Shown here piece by piece: positions 1 to 9,158 of a stretch of 54,019 bases of DNA (position 1 is the first letter of the stretch; every line of letters begins with the position of its first letter). A program made the translations under genes and the position numbers. The notes below the pieces were generated by a model. The model was not told the DNA's origin and made no database searches. It saw only the letters and a list, made by a program, of their open reading frames with translations. Origin of the DNA: Candidatus Omnitrophota bacterium (lineage in GTDB: Bacteria; Omnitrophota; Gorgyraeia; JABMRJ01); contig JADHWH010000004.1 of the NCBI GenBank assembly GCA_016783555.1, positions 1 to 54,019 on the forward strand, written 5' to 3'.

Positions 1-4
1 TGAA

Positions 5-152
5 AGGCATGCGGGGTTATCCTCGCAGGGACGCTCGCTTGCCCCGCCGAGGCAAGCTTCGCTTCGGTTTTTCTGCTCGCTCGCCCTCGCTTCGCTCGGG
101 CACCATGGCCGCTCGCAGAAAAAGACCCTGCTCAGATAAGCCCCGCACGCCT
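5..152. repeat. Palindromic miniature element with imperfect inverted ends
   Basis: AGGCATGCGGGGTTATC (5-21) is a near reverse complement of GATAAGCCCCGCACGCCT (ending 152); internal nested hairpins with GCTTCGC motifs. Confidence 0.6.
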
Positions 153-309
153 ACGGTATCTATGGCTAAAAAATGAATTGTCTCGCGGGCAACGGCTGGA
201 ATATGCAGCATAAGCACATATGTTTGCAAGGCAGCTAAAGCAAACATAGCGAGGGCGGAGGCAACCCCCGCCCTCACTGCAATAAAAATGAGTAGAGCGG
301 GCAATGGCA

Positions 310-458
310 GGAAATTTTTGCGGGTGGCATTTGGCGGGCGCCCAAATTTTGCAGTGGGGGATGGGGGGATCTGGAGACCCACATAGATTACACATTGGGT
401 GTCAGTACCCCCCACAAAAAATTTGGGCTGCCAAATGACAGGACCCGCAAAAATTTCC
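310..458. repeat. Long nested inverted repeat (MITE-like)
   Basis: Perfect 16-bp ends GGAAATTTTTGCGGGT / ACCCGCAAAAATTTCC; inner arms CATTTGGC/GCCAAATG, GCCCAAATTTT/AAAATTTGGGC, TGGGGG/CCCCCA. Confidence 0.75.
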
Positions 459-475
459 AATGAGTGTTTTTGCAT

Positions 476-504
476 TTGCATTTTATATATGTATAAGATA
501 TAAT
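476..504 (+). promoter_or_regulatory. sigma70-type promoter for mscS
   Basis: TTGCAT-17 nt-TATAAT; GGAGGT ribosome-binding site before ATG 533. Confidence 0.55.
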
Positions 505-532
505 TATACCAATAACGCGGAGGTGAGATGCC

Positions 533-1384
533 ATGTTTTTAGAATTGAACCCGGACACGGAAAAGATTCTGATTTCTGTAGCGTTAGTATTGTTTGTATA
601 CCTTATTATGCTTGCGATAATAAGGATAGTTAACAGAAGGATGTCCGATCTTAAAAGGCGCCATTCCACGCGAAAGGCGACTCTCTACATTGCCACTCTT
701 TTGGCATTGGTGATTATCTCTATAATCTGGATTGAGAATTTAAGGACCGTTTCTGTTGTAATAAGCGTTATCGGCGCCGGTTTAGTCGTGGCCTTGGGCG
801 ATATGTTCTTGAGCATAGGCGGATGGTTTCTTATTCTGTTTAAAAGGCCGTTTGAAACGGGCGACAGGATTGAGATGGACGGCGTAAAAGGCGATGTAAT
901 AGATATAAGGCTTTTTCAGACATCGCTGCTTGAAATCGGAAATTGGGTCAAAGAGGATCAATCCACAGGCAGGGTGGTGCATATATCCAACGGCGCCCTC
1001 TTCAAAAAGCCGCTCTTTAACTTTACGAGGGGATTTGAGTTTTTATGGGATGAGATAAAGGTCACAGTAACGTTTGAGAGCAACTGGAAGAAAGCGCAGG
1101 ATATCATGCTGAGGCACGCGCAGATCGAGGCGGAGAAGACCTCAAAGGAAGTGGCCAAGCGTATCAATAAGATGGCCGAAGAGTACCTAATCTTCTACGA
1201 AAAGTTAACGCCTATAACCTATGTCAAGATCGTCGAAAACGGCGTAGAGATATCGTTAAGGTATCTTACCGAGGTAAAGAGGCGCAGGGAATGCCAGAAT
1301 TGTTTAAATAGATTAATCCTCGACGATTTTGAGAAAGAGCGGGATATAGCGTTTGCATACCCTACGTACAGATTGGTCAAGTGA
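533..1384 (+). CDS. MscS-family small-conductance mechanosensitive channel
   Basis: Three N-terminal TM helices, FKRPFETGDRIEMDGVKGDVIDI motif, C-terminal IAFAYPT. Confidence 0.9.
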   Translation: MFLELNPDTEKILISVALVLFVYLIMLAIIRIVNRRMSDLKRRHSTRKATLYIATLLALVIISIIWIENLRTVSVVISVIGAGLVVALGDMFLSIGGWFLILFKRPFETGDRIEMDGVKGDVIDIRLFQTSLLEIGNWVKEDQSTGRVVHISNGALFKKPLFNFTRGFEFLWDEIKVTVTFESNWKKAQDIMLRHAQIEAEKTSKEVAKRINKMAEEYLIFYEKLTPITYVKIVENGVEISLRYLTEVKRRRECQNCLNRLILDDFEKERDIAFAYPTYRLVK

Positions 1385-1396
1385 CGGGGTTAAAAG

Positions 1397-2650
1397 ATGG
1401 AAGCTACGATCACACAGAAGATATTGGCGGCGCACGCAGATAAGAAGTCTGTTGAGCCAGGCGAATTTATTGAGGCGAAGATAGACTTCGCGCTCGGCAA
1501 TGATATAACTGCGCCCCTTGCTATAAAGGAGTTTGAAAGATTAGGTGTAAAGAGGGTCTTCGATAAGAATAGAATAGCCCTCATTCCGGACCATTTTACG
1601 CCGAATAAAGACCTAGAGAGCGCCAACCAGTGCAAAATATTGCAGGATTTTGCCCATAAACAGAAGATAAGACATTACTACGAGGTAGGGAGGATGGGCA
1701 TAGAGCACGCGTTGTTGCCGGAATTAGGGCTTGTCTCTCCGGGCGATCTTGTTATAGGCGCCGATTCGCATACATGCACTTACGGGGCGCTCGGCCTCTT
1801 TTCTACGGGTGTAGGCTCTACGGATCTGGCAGCGGCATTCATTACAGGCAGGTGCTGGTTCAGAGTGCCGGAGTCTATGAAGTTTATTTATAAAGGCGGG
1901 CTGAAGAAGTGGGTAGGCGGCAAGGATCTTATCTTATATACTATCGGCGATATCGGCGTCGACGGCGCGCTCTATAAGGCCATGGAATTTACAGGCGATG
2001 CTATCAGTAGATTGCCGATGGACGACAGGTTCTCAATGTGCAATATGGCTATAGAAGCCGGCGCAAAGAGCGGTATCATAGCGGTAGATGAAATCACAAA
2101 AAGATATGTGGGATTTAAGAGATACAAGGTATTTGCAAGTGACAAAAAAGCGGGATATTCAAAAGTTATCGAATATGACGCAAAGACAATTGAGCCGCAG
2201 GTAGCCCTTCCGCACCTACCGAGCAACGCAAGGCCTGTAAAGAGGATTAAGAATATCAGCATCGACCAGGCGGTTATAGGTTCGTGCACAAACGGCAGGA
2301 TATCCGATCTCAGGATAGCGGCGCATGTGCTTAAGGGTAAGAGGGTAAAATCAAATGTGAGGCTTATAGTTATACCCGCGACGCAGTCGGTCTACCTGCA
2401 GGCGGTAGAGGAAGGTTTGGCCGAGATATTTGTAAAGGCAGGCGGTCTCTTCTCCACACCGACTTGCGGCCCGTGCCTCGGCGGTCATATGGGGATCCTC
2501 GCCGAAGGAGAGAGGGCCATCGCCACCACAAACAGGAATTTTGTCGGCAGGATGGGTGATACAAGAAGCGAGGTCTACCTTTCGAATCCGGCCGTCTGCG
2601 CGGCATCGAGCATCAAGGGCAGAATAGCGCATCCGGAAGAGGTCATGTAA
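1397..2650 (+). CDS. leuC: 3-isopropylmalate dehydratase large subunit
   Basis: [26 protein letters not shown] and [11 protein letters not shown] motifs; adjacent to leuD/leuB. Confidence 0.93.
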   Translation: MEATITQKILAAHADKKSVEPGEFIEAKIDFALGNDITAPLAIKEFERLGVKRVFDKNRIALIPDHFTPNKDLESANQCKILQDFAHKQKIRHYYEVGRMGIEHALLPELGLVSPGDLVIGADSHTCTYGALGLFSTGVGSTDLAAAFITGRCWFRVPESMKFIYKGGLKKWVGGKDLILYTIGDIGVDGALYKAMEFTGDAISRLPMDDRFSMCNMAIEAGAKSGIIAVDEITKRYVGFKRYKVFASDKKAGYSKVIEYDAKTIEPQVALPHLPSNARPVKRIKNISIDQAVIGSCTNGRISDLRIAAHVLKGKRVKSNVRLIVIPATQSVYLQAVEEGLAEIFVKAGGLFSTPTCGPCLGGHMGILAEGERAIATTNRNFVGRMGDTRSEVYLSNPAVCAASSIKGRIAHPEEVM

Positions 2651-2655
2651 AAGGG

Positions 2656-3216
2656 ATGAACCCCGTTAGACCTACAGGTTCTAATGGGGGCAGGAGGTCT
2701 AACGGGGTGAAGATAAAAGGCAAGGTTCATAAATTCGGCAATAACGTAAATACAGACGAAATAATACCAGCGTCGTATCTAAATACCACGGATCCCGGAC
2801 AGCTGGCGAGGCATTGCATGGAAGGCATAGATAAGAATTTTTCAAAAATTGTAAAGAGGGGCGATGTTATAGTAGCCGGCAGAAATTTCGGGTGCGGGTC
2901 AAGCCGCGAGCACGCCCCATTATCGATAAAGGGGGCCGGCGTATCGTGTGTCATAGGCAGGAGTTTCGCAAGGATATTTTACAGAAACTGCATAAATATC
3001 GGACTCCCTATATTGGAGTCGAAAGAAGCGGCAAGAAGGATAAGGGTGAATGATAGACTTAAAATAGATACAAAGAGAGGTACGATAGAAGATATTACCT
3101 TAAAGAAGACATTCTATGCGCAGAAATTCCCGCCTTTTATGCAGCAGATGATTTCCGCCGGCGGGTTGATGAAATATATAAAAAAGAAGAAGAGTAAAAT
3201 CCGCCTTCGCACATGA
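2656..3216 (+). CDS. leuD: 3-isopropylmalate dehydratase small subunit; start either ATG 2656 (reads through a family B element) or regenerated GTG 2707
   Basis: NTDEIIPA, NFGCGSSREHA, FARIFYRNCINIG. Confidence 0.93.
   Translation: MNPVRPTGSNGGRRSNGVKIKGKVHKFGNNVNTDEIIPASYLNTTDPGQLARHCMEGIDKNFSKIVKRGDVIVAGRNFGCGSSREHAPLSIKGAGVSCVIGRSFARIFYRNCINIGLPILESKEAARRIRVNDRLKIDTKRGTIEDITLKKTFYAQKFPPFMQQMISAGGLMKYIKKKKSKIRLRT
2661..2707. mobile_element. Family B miniature element, copy B1 (target duplication TGAA)
   Basis: TGAA-CCCCGTTAGACCT...AGGTCTAACGGGG-TGAA inside the leuD start ATGAAG. Confidence 0.85.
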
Positions 3217-3327
3217 ATGCGAAAATGAAAGTTTGGCTACGGCGGATTTAATTCGCACGTTCAAAGAAAGGAAAGGAGGAAGTTCAATTTACGAAAATCT
3301 TATATTTTCGTAAATTGAGTGCTCATT
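3192..3327. mobile_element. Family A four-way-junction element, partial copy A1 (right half)
   Basis: AAATCCGCC/GGCGGATTT hairpin, then AATTC-GCAC...TCAATTTACGAAAAT/ATTTTCGTAAATTGA-GTGC-TCATT as in the full copies. Confidence 0.75.
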
Positions 3328-3331
3328 AAAG

Positions 3332-4381
3332 ATGTATAAGATCGCTGTGATACCCGGAGACGGCACGGGGCCTGAGGTTGTAAACGAAGGCTTAAAGGTT
3401 CTCGATGCAGTATCAAGAAAGGCCAATTTTAAATACGATACAAAAATGTTCGACTATGGCGGAGAGCGCTATCGAAAGACAGGCGTGACTCTGCCAGACT
3501 CTGCGTTAGAAGAATTTAAGAAATTTGACGCGATATATCTGGGCGCGGTAGGCGACCCGGAGGTAAAACCGGGGATATTAGAAAAAGGGCTCCTTTTGAA
3601 ACTCAGATTCGGCCTCCAGCAGTACATTAATCTAAGGCCTGTTAAGCTCTATCCCGGCGTCTGGACGCCCGTCAGGGATAAGGGACCGGAAGATATAGAT
3701 TTTGTAGTGGTAAGAGAGAATAACGAAGGGCTCTATGTAGGCGAAGGCGAGTTTAAAGATAAGGGCACGGAGAATGAGATCGCCCTTCAGATTTCACGTA
3801 ACACAAGGAAGGGCGTTGAGAGATGCATACGCTTTGCCTTCGAATATACTAAAAAGAGAAATAAGAGGAAGAAGCTTACGCTCTGCGGCAAGACCAATGT
3901 CTTAACGTACGCATGGGATTTGTGGGAGAGGACGTTTTACGAAGTAGCGAAGGAATATAAAGAGATCCAGACCGATTATACCCATGTAGACGCGACATGC
4001 ATGTGGATGATCAAGAATCCCGAATGGTTCGACGTGATAGTTACGGATAATATGTTCGGGGATATAATAACAGATCTGGGCGCCATGATCCAGGGCGGTA
4101 TGGGTATAGCGGCGGGCGGAAACCTTAATCCCGAAGGCGTCTCTATGTTCGAGCCGATAGGCGGCTCCGCGCCTAAATATACGGGAAAAAATGTTATAAA
4201 CCCTTTAGCCGCGATATGCGCCCTCGAGATGCTGCTGGAGCATATCGGAGAAGAGAAGGCCGCGTCGATGATAGAGAGATCGGTTATACGGGTGACTTCG
4301 GAGAAATTAAAAAGCCTTTCAGCGGGGAAGATGGGCTGCACTACCCAGGAAGTAGGGGATTTAGTAGCTGAATTTTTATAA
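3332..4381 (+). CDS. leuB: 3-isopropylmalate dehydrogenase
   Basis: IAVIPGDGTGPEV, NLRP, NMFGDIITD, FEPIGGSAP. Confidence 0.9.
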   Translation: MYKIAVIPGDGTGPEVVNEGLKVLDAVSRKANFKYDTKMFDYGGERYRKTGVTLPDSALEEFKKFDAIYLGAVGDPEVKPGILEKGLLLKLRFGLQQYINLRPVKLYPGVWTPVRDKGPEDIDFVVVRENNEGLYVGEGEFKDKGTENEIALQISRNTRKGVERCIRFAFEYTKKRNKRKKLTLCGKTNVLTYAWDLWERTFYEVAKEYKEIQTDYTHVDATCMWMIKNPEWFDVIVTDNMFGDIITDLGAMIQGGMGIAAGGNLNPEGVSMFEPIGGSAPKYTGKNVINPLAAICALEMLLEHIGEEKAASMIERSVIRVTSEKLKSLSAGKMGCTTQEVGDLVAEFL

Positions 4382-4389
4382 AACGATAT

Positions 4390-4453
4390 GTCATTGCGAG
4401 CGAAGCGAAGCAATCTCTAGAGATTGCTTCGGCGCTTCGCGCCTCGCAATGAC
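4390..4453. repeat. GTCATTGCGAG-type (CGTC-class REP-like) palindrome
   Basis: GTCATTGCGAG...GAAGCAATCTCT/AGAGATTGCTTC...CTCGCAATGAC. Confidence 0.85.
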
Positions 4454-4461
4454 TGGGGGTT

Positions 4462-5493
4462 GTGATGAAGAATTGGAATGTGGCAGTAATGGGGGCGACC
4501 GGCGCCGTAGGCTCAAGGTTCCTCTCTATATTGGAGGAGAGGAATTTTCCGATAAAGAGCATAAAACTTCTGGCATCCAAACGCTCTAAAGGCAAGTCCA
4601 TTAAGTTCAAGAAGAGATCCTGCGAAGTAGAAGAGCTGACCCATGACTCATTCAAGGGAGTGGAACTCGTCTTATCAAGCGCAGGCGCCGAGAGGAGCTT
4701 AGAGTATCTACCCAGCGCCGTTAAGGCGGGCTGTATATGTATAGATAATTCAAGCGCGTTCCGCATGGATGAAAATGTCCCGTTAGTTGTACCTGAGGTA
4801 AACCCCCATGCCGTAAAGCGCCACAGAGGCATAATAGCCAACCCTAACTGTTCGACTATACAGCTGGTAGTAGCGCTGTGGCCGCTTCATAAAAAGGCTA
4901 AGATTAAGAGAGTTGTAGTCTCTACCTATCAGTCTGTATCAGGCGCAGGCGGTAAGAATATATCCGAGTTAAAAGAGCAGGTCTCTTACCTTCAAAAGGC
5001 CAAAGACGCGGATTTAATAGGTAAGCATACCGTGGGTAAATCCTGTATAAAGGAATTCCCGCACCAGATCGCGTTTAATCTGATCCCTCATATTGACAAA
5101 TTTCTGGATAACGCTTATACCAAAGAAGAGATGAAGATGGTCAATGAGACCAGAAAGATTATGGAGGACGATTCTATAGGGATAACCGCCACCGCTATAA
5201 GGGTTCCCGTCTATTATGCCCATTCCGAGAGCGTAAATATTGAGACTGAAGATAAATTAAGCCGAGATGAAGCAAAAGGGATTCTCTCCCGCGCGCCGGG
5301 AGTAACCCTCATAGATGATCCGCAAAATTTTAGATACCCTATGCCCCTAGATGCGGAGGGAACCGACGGTGTCTTTGTAGGAAGGGTTCGCGAAGATGAG
5401 TCTATACCAAACGGCCTTAACCTTTGGATTGTAAGCGACAACCTGCGAAAAGGCGCCGCCTTAAACGCCATCCAGATAGCTGAACTTCTTTAA
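4462..5493 (+). CDS. asd: Aspartate-semialdehyde dehydrogenase
   Basis: GATGAVG, IDNSSAFRM, ANPNCSTIQ, DNLRKGAALNA. Confidence 0.96.
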   Translation: MMKNWNVAVMGATGAVGSRFLSILEERNFPIKSIKLLASKRSKGKSIKFKKRSCEVEELTHDSFKGVELVLSSAGAERSLEYLPSAVKAGCICIDNSSAFRMDENVPLVVPEVNPHAVKRHRGIIANPNCSTIQLVVALWPLHKKAKIKRVVVSTYQSVSGAGGKNISELKEQVSYLQKAKDADLIGKHTVGKSCIKEFPHQIAFNLIPHIDKFLDNAYTKEEMKMVNETRKIMEDDSIGITATAIRVPVYYAHSESVNIETEDKLSRDEAKGILSRAPGVTLIDDPQNFRYPMPLDAEGTDGVFVGRVREDESIPNGLNLWIVSDNLRKGAALNAIQIAELL

Positions 5494-5501
5494 TATAAAA
5501 G

Positions 5502-6236
5502 ATGCGAAATATCAAGCTCACCATTCAATATGACGGTACTAATTATTCCGGGTGGCAGTCACAGAAGAACAGCCTGGCCATCCAGGATATTGTAGAGGCA
5601 TCTCTTAAAAAGCTTACCGGTCAAAGGCATAGGCTGATAGGCGCCGCGAGGACCGACGCGGGCGTCCACGCTAAAGGGCAGGTCGCTAACTTTAAGACAG
5701 AGTCGCGCCTCCCGCTTACCAATATAAGAGACGGCCTTAACCATAATCTTCCGCCCGATATAGTTATAGAGAACGCAAGGCACGTCGCGCTCGATTTTCA
5801 TTCTCGATACGACGCCAAAAGCAAATATTATCGCTATTCGGTTTATACGCAAAAGCCGGTAAGCCCCTTTTATAAAAACTTTGTTGCGCCGGTTCCGCGC
5901 AAATTGGATTTACGGGCGATAAAGAGAGAGTCAAAAGTTCTTTTGGGGAGGCATGATTTTTCCTCATTCCAGGGGAGTAATTCAAAGAGGCTAAACCCGG
6001 TAAGGAATATTTACAGGCTTGAATTGAAAAGGAGTGGTCTCTTTTTGCATTTTGATATCGAAGCCGACGGCTTCTTATACACTATGGTCAGAACGATTAT
6101 CGGCACGCTCATAGGTGTGGGGAGGGGCCGCCTAAAAGAAGGCAGCGTAAAGAAGATTCTACGGGAGAGAAAGAGGAGCCTCGCCGGTCCCACGGCGCCG
6201 GCCAGAGGCCTATCTCTTATTAAGGTGAGGTATTAA
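5502..6236 (+). CDS. truA: tRNA pseudouridine(38-40) synthase
   Basis: YDGTNYSGWQ, RTDAGVHA, FLYTMVR, TAPARGL. Confidence 0.96.
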   Translation: MRNIKLTIQYDGTNYSGWQSQKNSLAIQDIVEASLKKLTGQRHRLIGAARTDAGVHAKGQVANFKTESRLPLTNIRDGLNHNLPPDIVIENARHVALDFHSRYDAKSKYYRYSVYTQKPVSPFYKNFVAPVPRKLDLRAIKRESKVLLGRHDFSSFQGSNSKRLNPVRNIYRLELKRSGLFLHFDIEADGFLYTMVRTIIGTLIGVGRGRLKEGSVKKILRERKRSLAGPTAPARGLSLIKVRY

Positions 6237-6401
6237 ATGAGGCCATGATTTACGAAAATCTTTGATTTTCGTAAATCATATGGCCGAATTTACCCAGCCC
6301 CTGCGCGCAGGGGCTGGGTTCAATTCGACCTTTCAGAGAAGAGAAACAGAGGAGATAGGCTTACGAAAAATCTCCGATTTTTCGTAAGCCTAGGTCTCAT
6401 T
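6236..6401. mobile_element. Family A four-way-junction element, copy A2
   Basis: AATGA|GGCC..GGCC|GAATT..AATTC|GACC..GGTC|TCATT with three long internal hairpins; lies exactly between truA TAA and rsmE ATG. Confidence 0.88.
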
Positions 6402-6403
6402 GA

Positions 6404-7141
6404 ATGAGCAGATTTTACATAAGACCGGATAATATAAAAGAGAATAAGATTCGCGTTAACGGCGATGAGGCGCATCACATACTGCGCGTGATGAGGCTGG
6501 AGATCGGCGACGAGATAACGGCCTTCGACGGCACAGGCAGAGAATATTACGGGATAATAGAGGAGGTTTCAAAAAAGGGCGCAGTGATTAAGATAGAAAA
6601 AAGCAGTATGGCCAAAAGCGGCAAGAGGTATACCATAACACTCGCCCAGGCCGTACCTAAGATGGAGAAGATGGATTACATAATACAAAAGACCACTGAG
6701 CTGGGTATAGACTCGATAATACCCATGAATACAAAAAGGACTATTGTAAGATTAAACAAAGAGAAGATGCTGTCAAAACAGAGAAGGTGGAAGAGGATCG
6801 CCGCGGAGGCGTCAAAACAATGCGGCAGGGTTAACATTACCGAAATAGAGAGTTATACAAGCCTTAACGGGGTATTGGAAAGAGGCGATAGGTATGATCT
6901 CGCGCTTATGCCATCCGTCTTTTCCTGCGAAAAAAAGAGCCTCAAAAAGATCTTGCCCGATTTCCAGGGTAGATCCATCCTTTTGCTTATAGGGCCGGAG
7001 GGTGGATTCGACGCCGATGAACACAAGAGGGCGTCAGAAAACGGCGTTATCTTTGTCTCGCTCGGCGAGAACATACTCAGGTGTGACACCGCCGCCATAG
7101 CGGCGGTAGCTATGCTAAAATTTTCCTTAAGCGACATATGA
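6404..7141 (+). CDS. rsmE: 16S rRNA m3U1498 methyltransferase
   Basis: HHILRVMRL, QKTTELG, EASKQCGR, IGPEGGF, LGENILRCDTA. Confidence 0.95.
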   Translation: MSRFYIRPDNIKENKIRVNGDEAHHILRVMRLEIGDEITAFDGTGREYYGIIEEVSKKGAVIKIEKSSMAKSGKRYTITLAQAVPKMEKMDYIIQKTTELGIDSIIPMNTKRTIVRLNKEKMLSKQRRWKRIAAEASKQCGRVNITEIESYTSLNGVLERGDRYDLALMPSVFSCEKKSLKKILPDFQGRSILLLIGPEGGFDADEHKRASENGVIFVSLGENILRCDTAAIAAVAMLKFSLSDI

Positions 7142-7142
7142 T

Positions 7143-7258
7143 CCCCGTTAGACCTCAAGGAGGTTTAACGGGCGAGGAGGTCTAACGGGGTGATCCCCGT
7201 TAGACCTCTAACGGGAAGTGAAACTCACGAGCTCTAATAGATAGGAGGTCTAACGGGG
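7143..7258. mobile_element. Two tandem family B elements, B2a 7143-7190 and B2b 7195-7258 (target duplication TGAT x3)
   Basis: A-TGAT-[CCCCGTTAGACCT..AGGTCTAACGGGG]-TGAT-[..]-TGAT-AAG at the rsmE-stop/mtaB-start ATGA overlap. Confidence 0.85.
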
Positions 7259-8556
7259 TGATAAGAAAAGTCAAATTTTATACACTGGGGTGTAAGACCA
7301 ACCAGTATGAGACACAGGCCATAAGGGAGAGTATAATTTCTAAAAAACGCTTTGAGGAAACGCCGCCCTCGGAAAAAGCCGATATCTATATAGTAAATAC
7401 ATGCACAGTTACCGCTAAGGCAGACAGGAATTCGCGCTGGACGATAAATCATTGCCACAGAGAGAATCCCAATGCAAAAATTTTAGTCACAGGCTGCCTT
7501 GCTGAGCTGGACGATAAGATGATAAAGGACCTGCCCGGCGTCTTTTTAATAGCAAAGAACAGAGATAAGCACCGGATCAAGGATTTTCTAAATACGACAT
7601 ACGACATACGACATACGATATACGGGAGACAAGATTACACCCCATTAAAGATCAGCGGCTTTCAAAATCGGACCAAGGCATTTATAAAGATACAGGACGG
7701 CTGCGATAACTTCTGCGCCTACTGTAAAGTTCCGCTGGCAAGAGGAAGGTCAAGAAGCAGAGACGTAGAGGGCATTGTGGAGGAAGTAGCAAGGCTTTTG
7801 GATAGCGGCTTTAAGGAGCTCGTTTTGACGGGGATATGCCTTGGAGATTGGGGCAAGGGGCTTGAGGGAGATTTCAAACTGCCGGAACTCCTTGAAAAAA
7901 TCACAAAAATCAATAGAGATTTTAGAGTGCGCTTAAGCTCGATAGAGCCAAATTTGATTGAAGATAACTTAATAGAAAAGGTCGCAAGAGATGATAAGAT
8001 TTGCAATCATCTGCATATACCCCTGCAGAGCGGCAGCGATAAAATACTTAAAACTATGAGAAGGCCCTATACCGCGAATGAATACCTCCGGACTATTAAG
8101 AAGATACGAAAGGCGATACCGGCAATTTCAATAACCTCCGATGTGATGGTCGGGTTTCCCGGAGAGTCTCTCAAGGATTTTAACGCAACCGTCAGGCTGA
8201 TAAAAGATATTTTTCCTTCGAGACTTCATATTTTTCCCTATAGTAAAAGAAGAGGAACGCCGGCATATATATTGAATGACAAGCTTACACCGAAAGAAAA
8301 GAAAGCCAGGAGAGAGATCCTTGTAAATTTGTCAGAGAAATTATCCTATAAATACAGGAGACGCTTTTTAGGCAAGACCGTAAGCGGTCTTATCGAAGCG
8401 AAGAGGGATCCCGGGACAGACCTCCTTACCGGCTACACTGATACTTACATAAGATTTTTACTGAAAGGGGATGACTCGCTTATGGGTAAAATAACTGCGT
8501 TGAAAATCAATAAACTGGCTGGAAAATCTACCTTTTGTAAGCATTTATCTGGCTAA
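7258..8556 (+). CDS. mtaB: tRNA ms2t6A37 methylthiotransferase (radical SAM)
   Basis: TLGCKTNQYE, NTCTVT, CDNFCAYC radical-SAM motif, RLSSIEP; follows rsmE. Confidence 0.92.
   Translation: MIRKVKFYTLGCKTNQYETQAIRESIISKKRFEETPPSEKADIYIVNTCTVTAKADRNSRWTINHCHRENPNAKILVTGCLAELDDKMIKDLPGVFLIAKNRDKHRIKDFLNTTYDIRHTIYGRQDYTPLKISGFQNRTKAFIKIQDGCDNFCAYCKVPLARGRSRSRDVEGIVEEVARLLDSGFKELVLTGICLGDWGKGLEGDFKLPELLEKITKINRDFRVRLSSIEPNLIEDNLIEKVARDDKICNHLHIPLQSGSDKILKTMRRPYTANEYLRTIKKIRKAIPAISITSDVMVGFPGESLKDFNATVRLIKDIFPSRLHIFPYSKRRGTPAYILNDKLTPKEKKARREILVNLSEKLSYKYRRRFLGKTVSGLIEAKRDPGTDLLTGYTDTYIRFLLKGDDSLMGKITALKINKLAGKSTFCKHLSG
7592..7624 (+). repeat. Heptamer tandem repeat (ATACGAC)n inside mtaB
   Basis: ATACGAC ATACGAC ATACGAC ATACGAT ATACG. 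Confidence 0.85.
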
Positions 8557-8568
8557 TCTTAGTATCCC

Positions 8569-8597
8569 TTGACTTCTTACCCTTTATATGATATACT
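8569..8597 (+). promoter_or_regulatory. sigma70 promoter for the cvpA-dnaG-rpoD operon
   Basis: TTGACT-17 nt-TATACT. Confidence 0.65.
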
Positions 8598-8620
8598 TAT
8601 AACACTTTTGACAATTAAAT

Positions 8621-9139
8621 ATGGGATTACTAGACATTTTATCACGTATAAATTGGGTCGATGTTTTAATCCTAACTATTTTATTTAGAATATGTTACGT
8701 CGGTTTTAACAGAGGCCTCGCAAACGAAGCTGTCCCCCTCATCGGAATTTATGCCGCTTTAGTAATCTCCTTACATTTTTATGCACCTATCGGAAATTTT
8801 ATATCGGGTTTTACCTCCATAAATAAGAACCATGCTTATGTATTGTGTTTTGTCTCTCTCGCCGCATTTACAAATTATGTATTTAGCATAATAGAGGCAT
8901 ATATCGTATCAAAAGTGATGCAAATTCATGTGGCATCTTTGCTTGACAGGATAGGCGGTTTGTTTTTCGGGATTTTAAGAGGGATACTGCTGGCTTCAGT
9001 TGTGATAACGGCACTTGAACTAATACCCATTAAATATCTCGATGACTCTATTTACAAACGGTCTTTATTGGGCACGCGGTTTTTGAATATAGCGAAGGGC
9101 GCCCATAATAAGACGTTCTCTTTCTTAGGCGTTAGATAA
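8621..9139 (+). CDS. CvpA family membrane protein
   Basis: NWVD..IL..GFNRG and LDRIGGLFFGILRG signatures; four TM segments. Confidence 0.85.
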   Translation: MGLLDILSRINWVDVLILTILFRICYVGFNRGLANEAVPLIGIYAALVISLHFYAPIGNFISGFTSINKNHAYVLCFVSLAAFTNYVFSIIEAYIVSKVMQIHVASLLDRIGGLFFGILRGILLASVVITALELIPIKYLDDSIYKRSLLGTRFLNIAKGAHNKTFSFLGVR

Positions 9140-9158
9140 AATATACGGTTTTTATAAT

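Noticed and set aside
17-481. 154-aa minus-strand ORF and overlapping small ORFs
   Set aside because: Runs through GC-rich palindromic repeats, has no recognisable domain and shows repeat-derived composition
6236-6401. Family A as a hairpin or hammerhead ribozyme (four-way junction and CAGAGAAG/AGAAACA-like text)
   Set aside because: The partner loop-B strand (GUAUAUUAC), the loop-A GUC site and the hammerhead CUGANGA/GAAA core are absent, and the AGAAACA text is not conserved among copies
7143-7258. Tandem family B copies as a mini CRISPR array (also 39024-39129)
   Set aside because: Units are inverted-repeat-bounded with target duplications, the spacers contain degenerate end copies, and no cas genes are present
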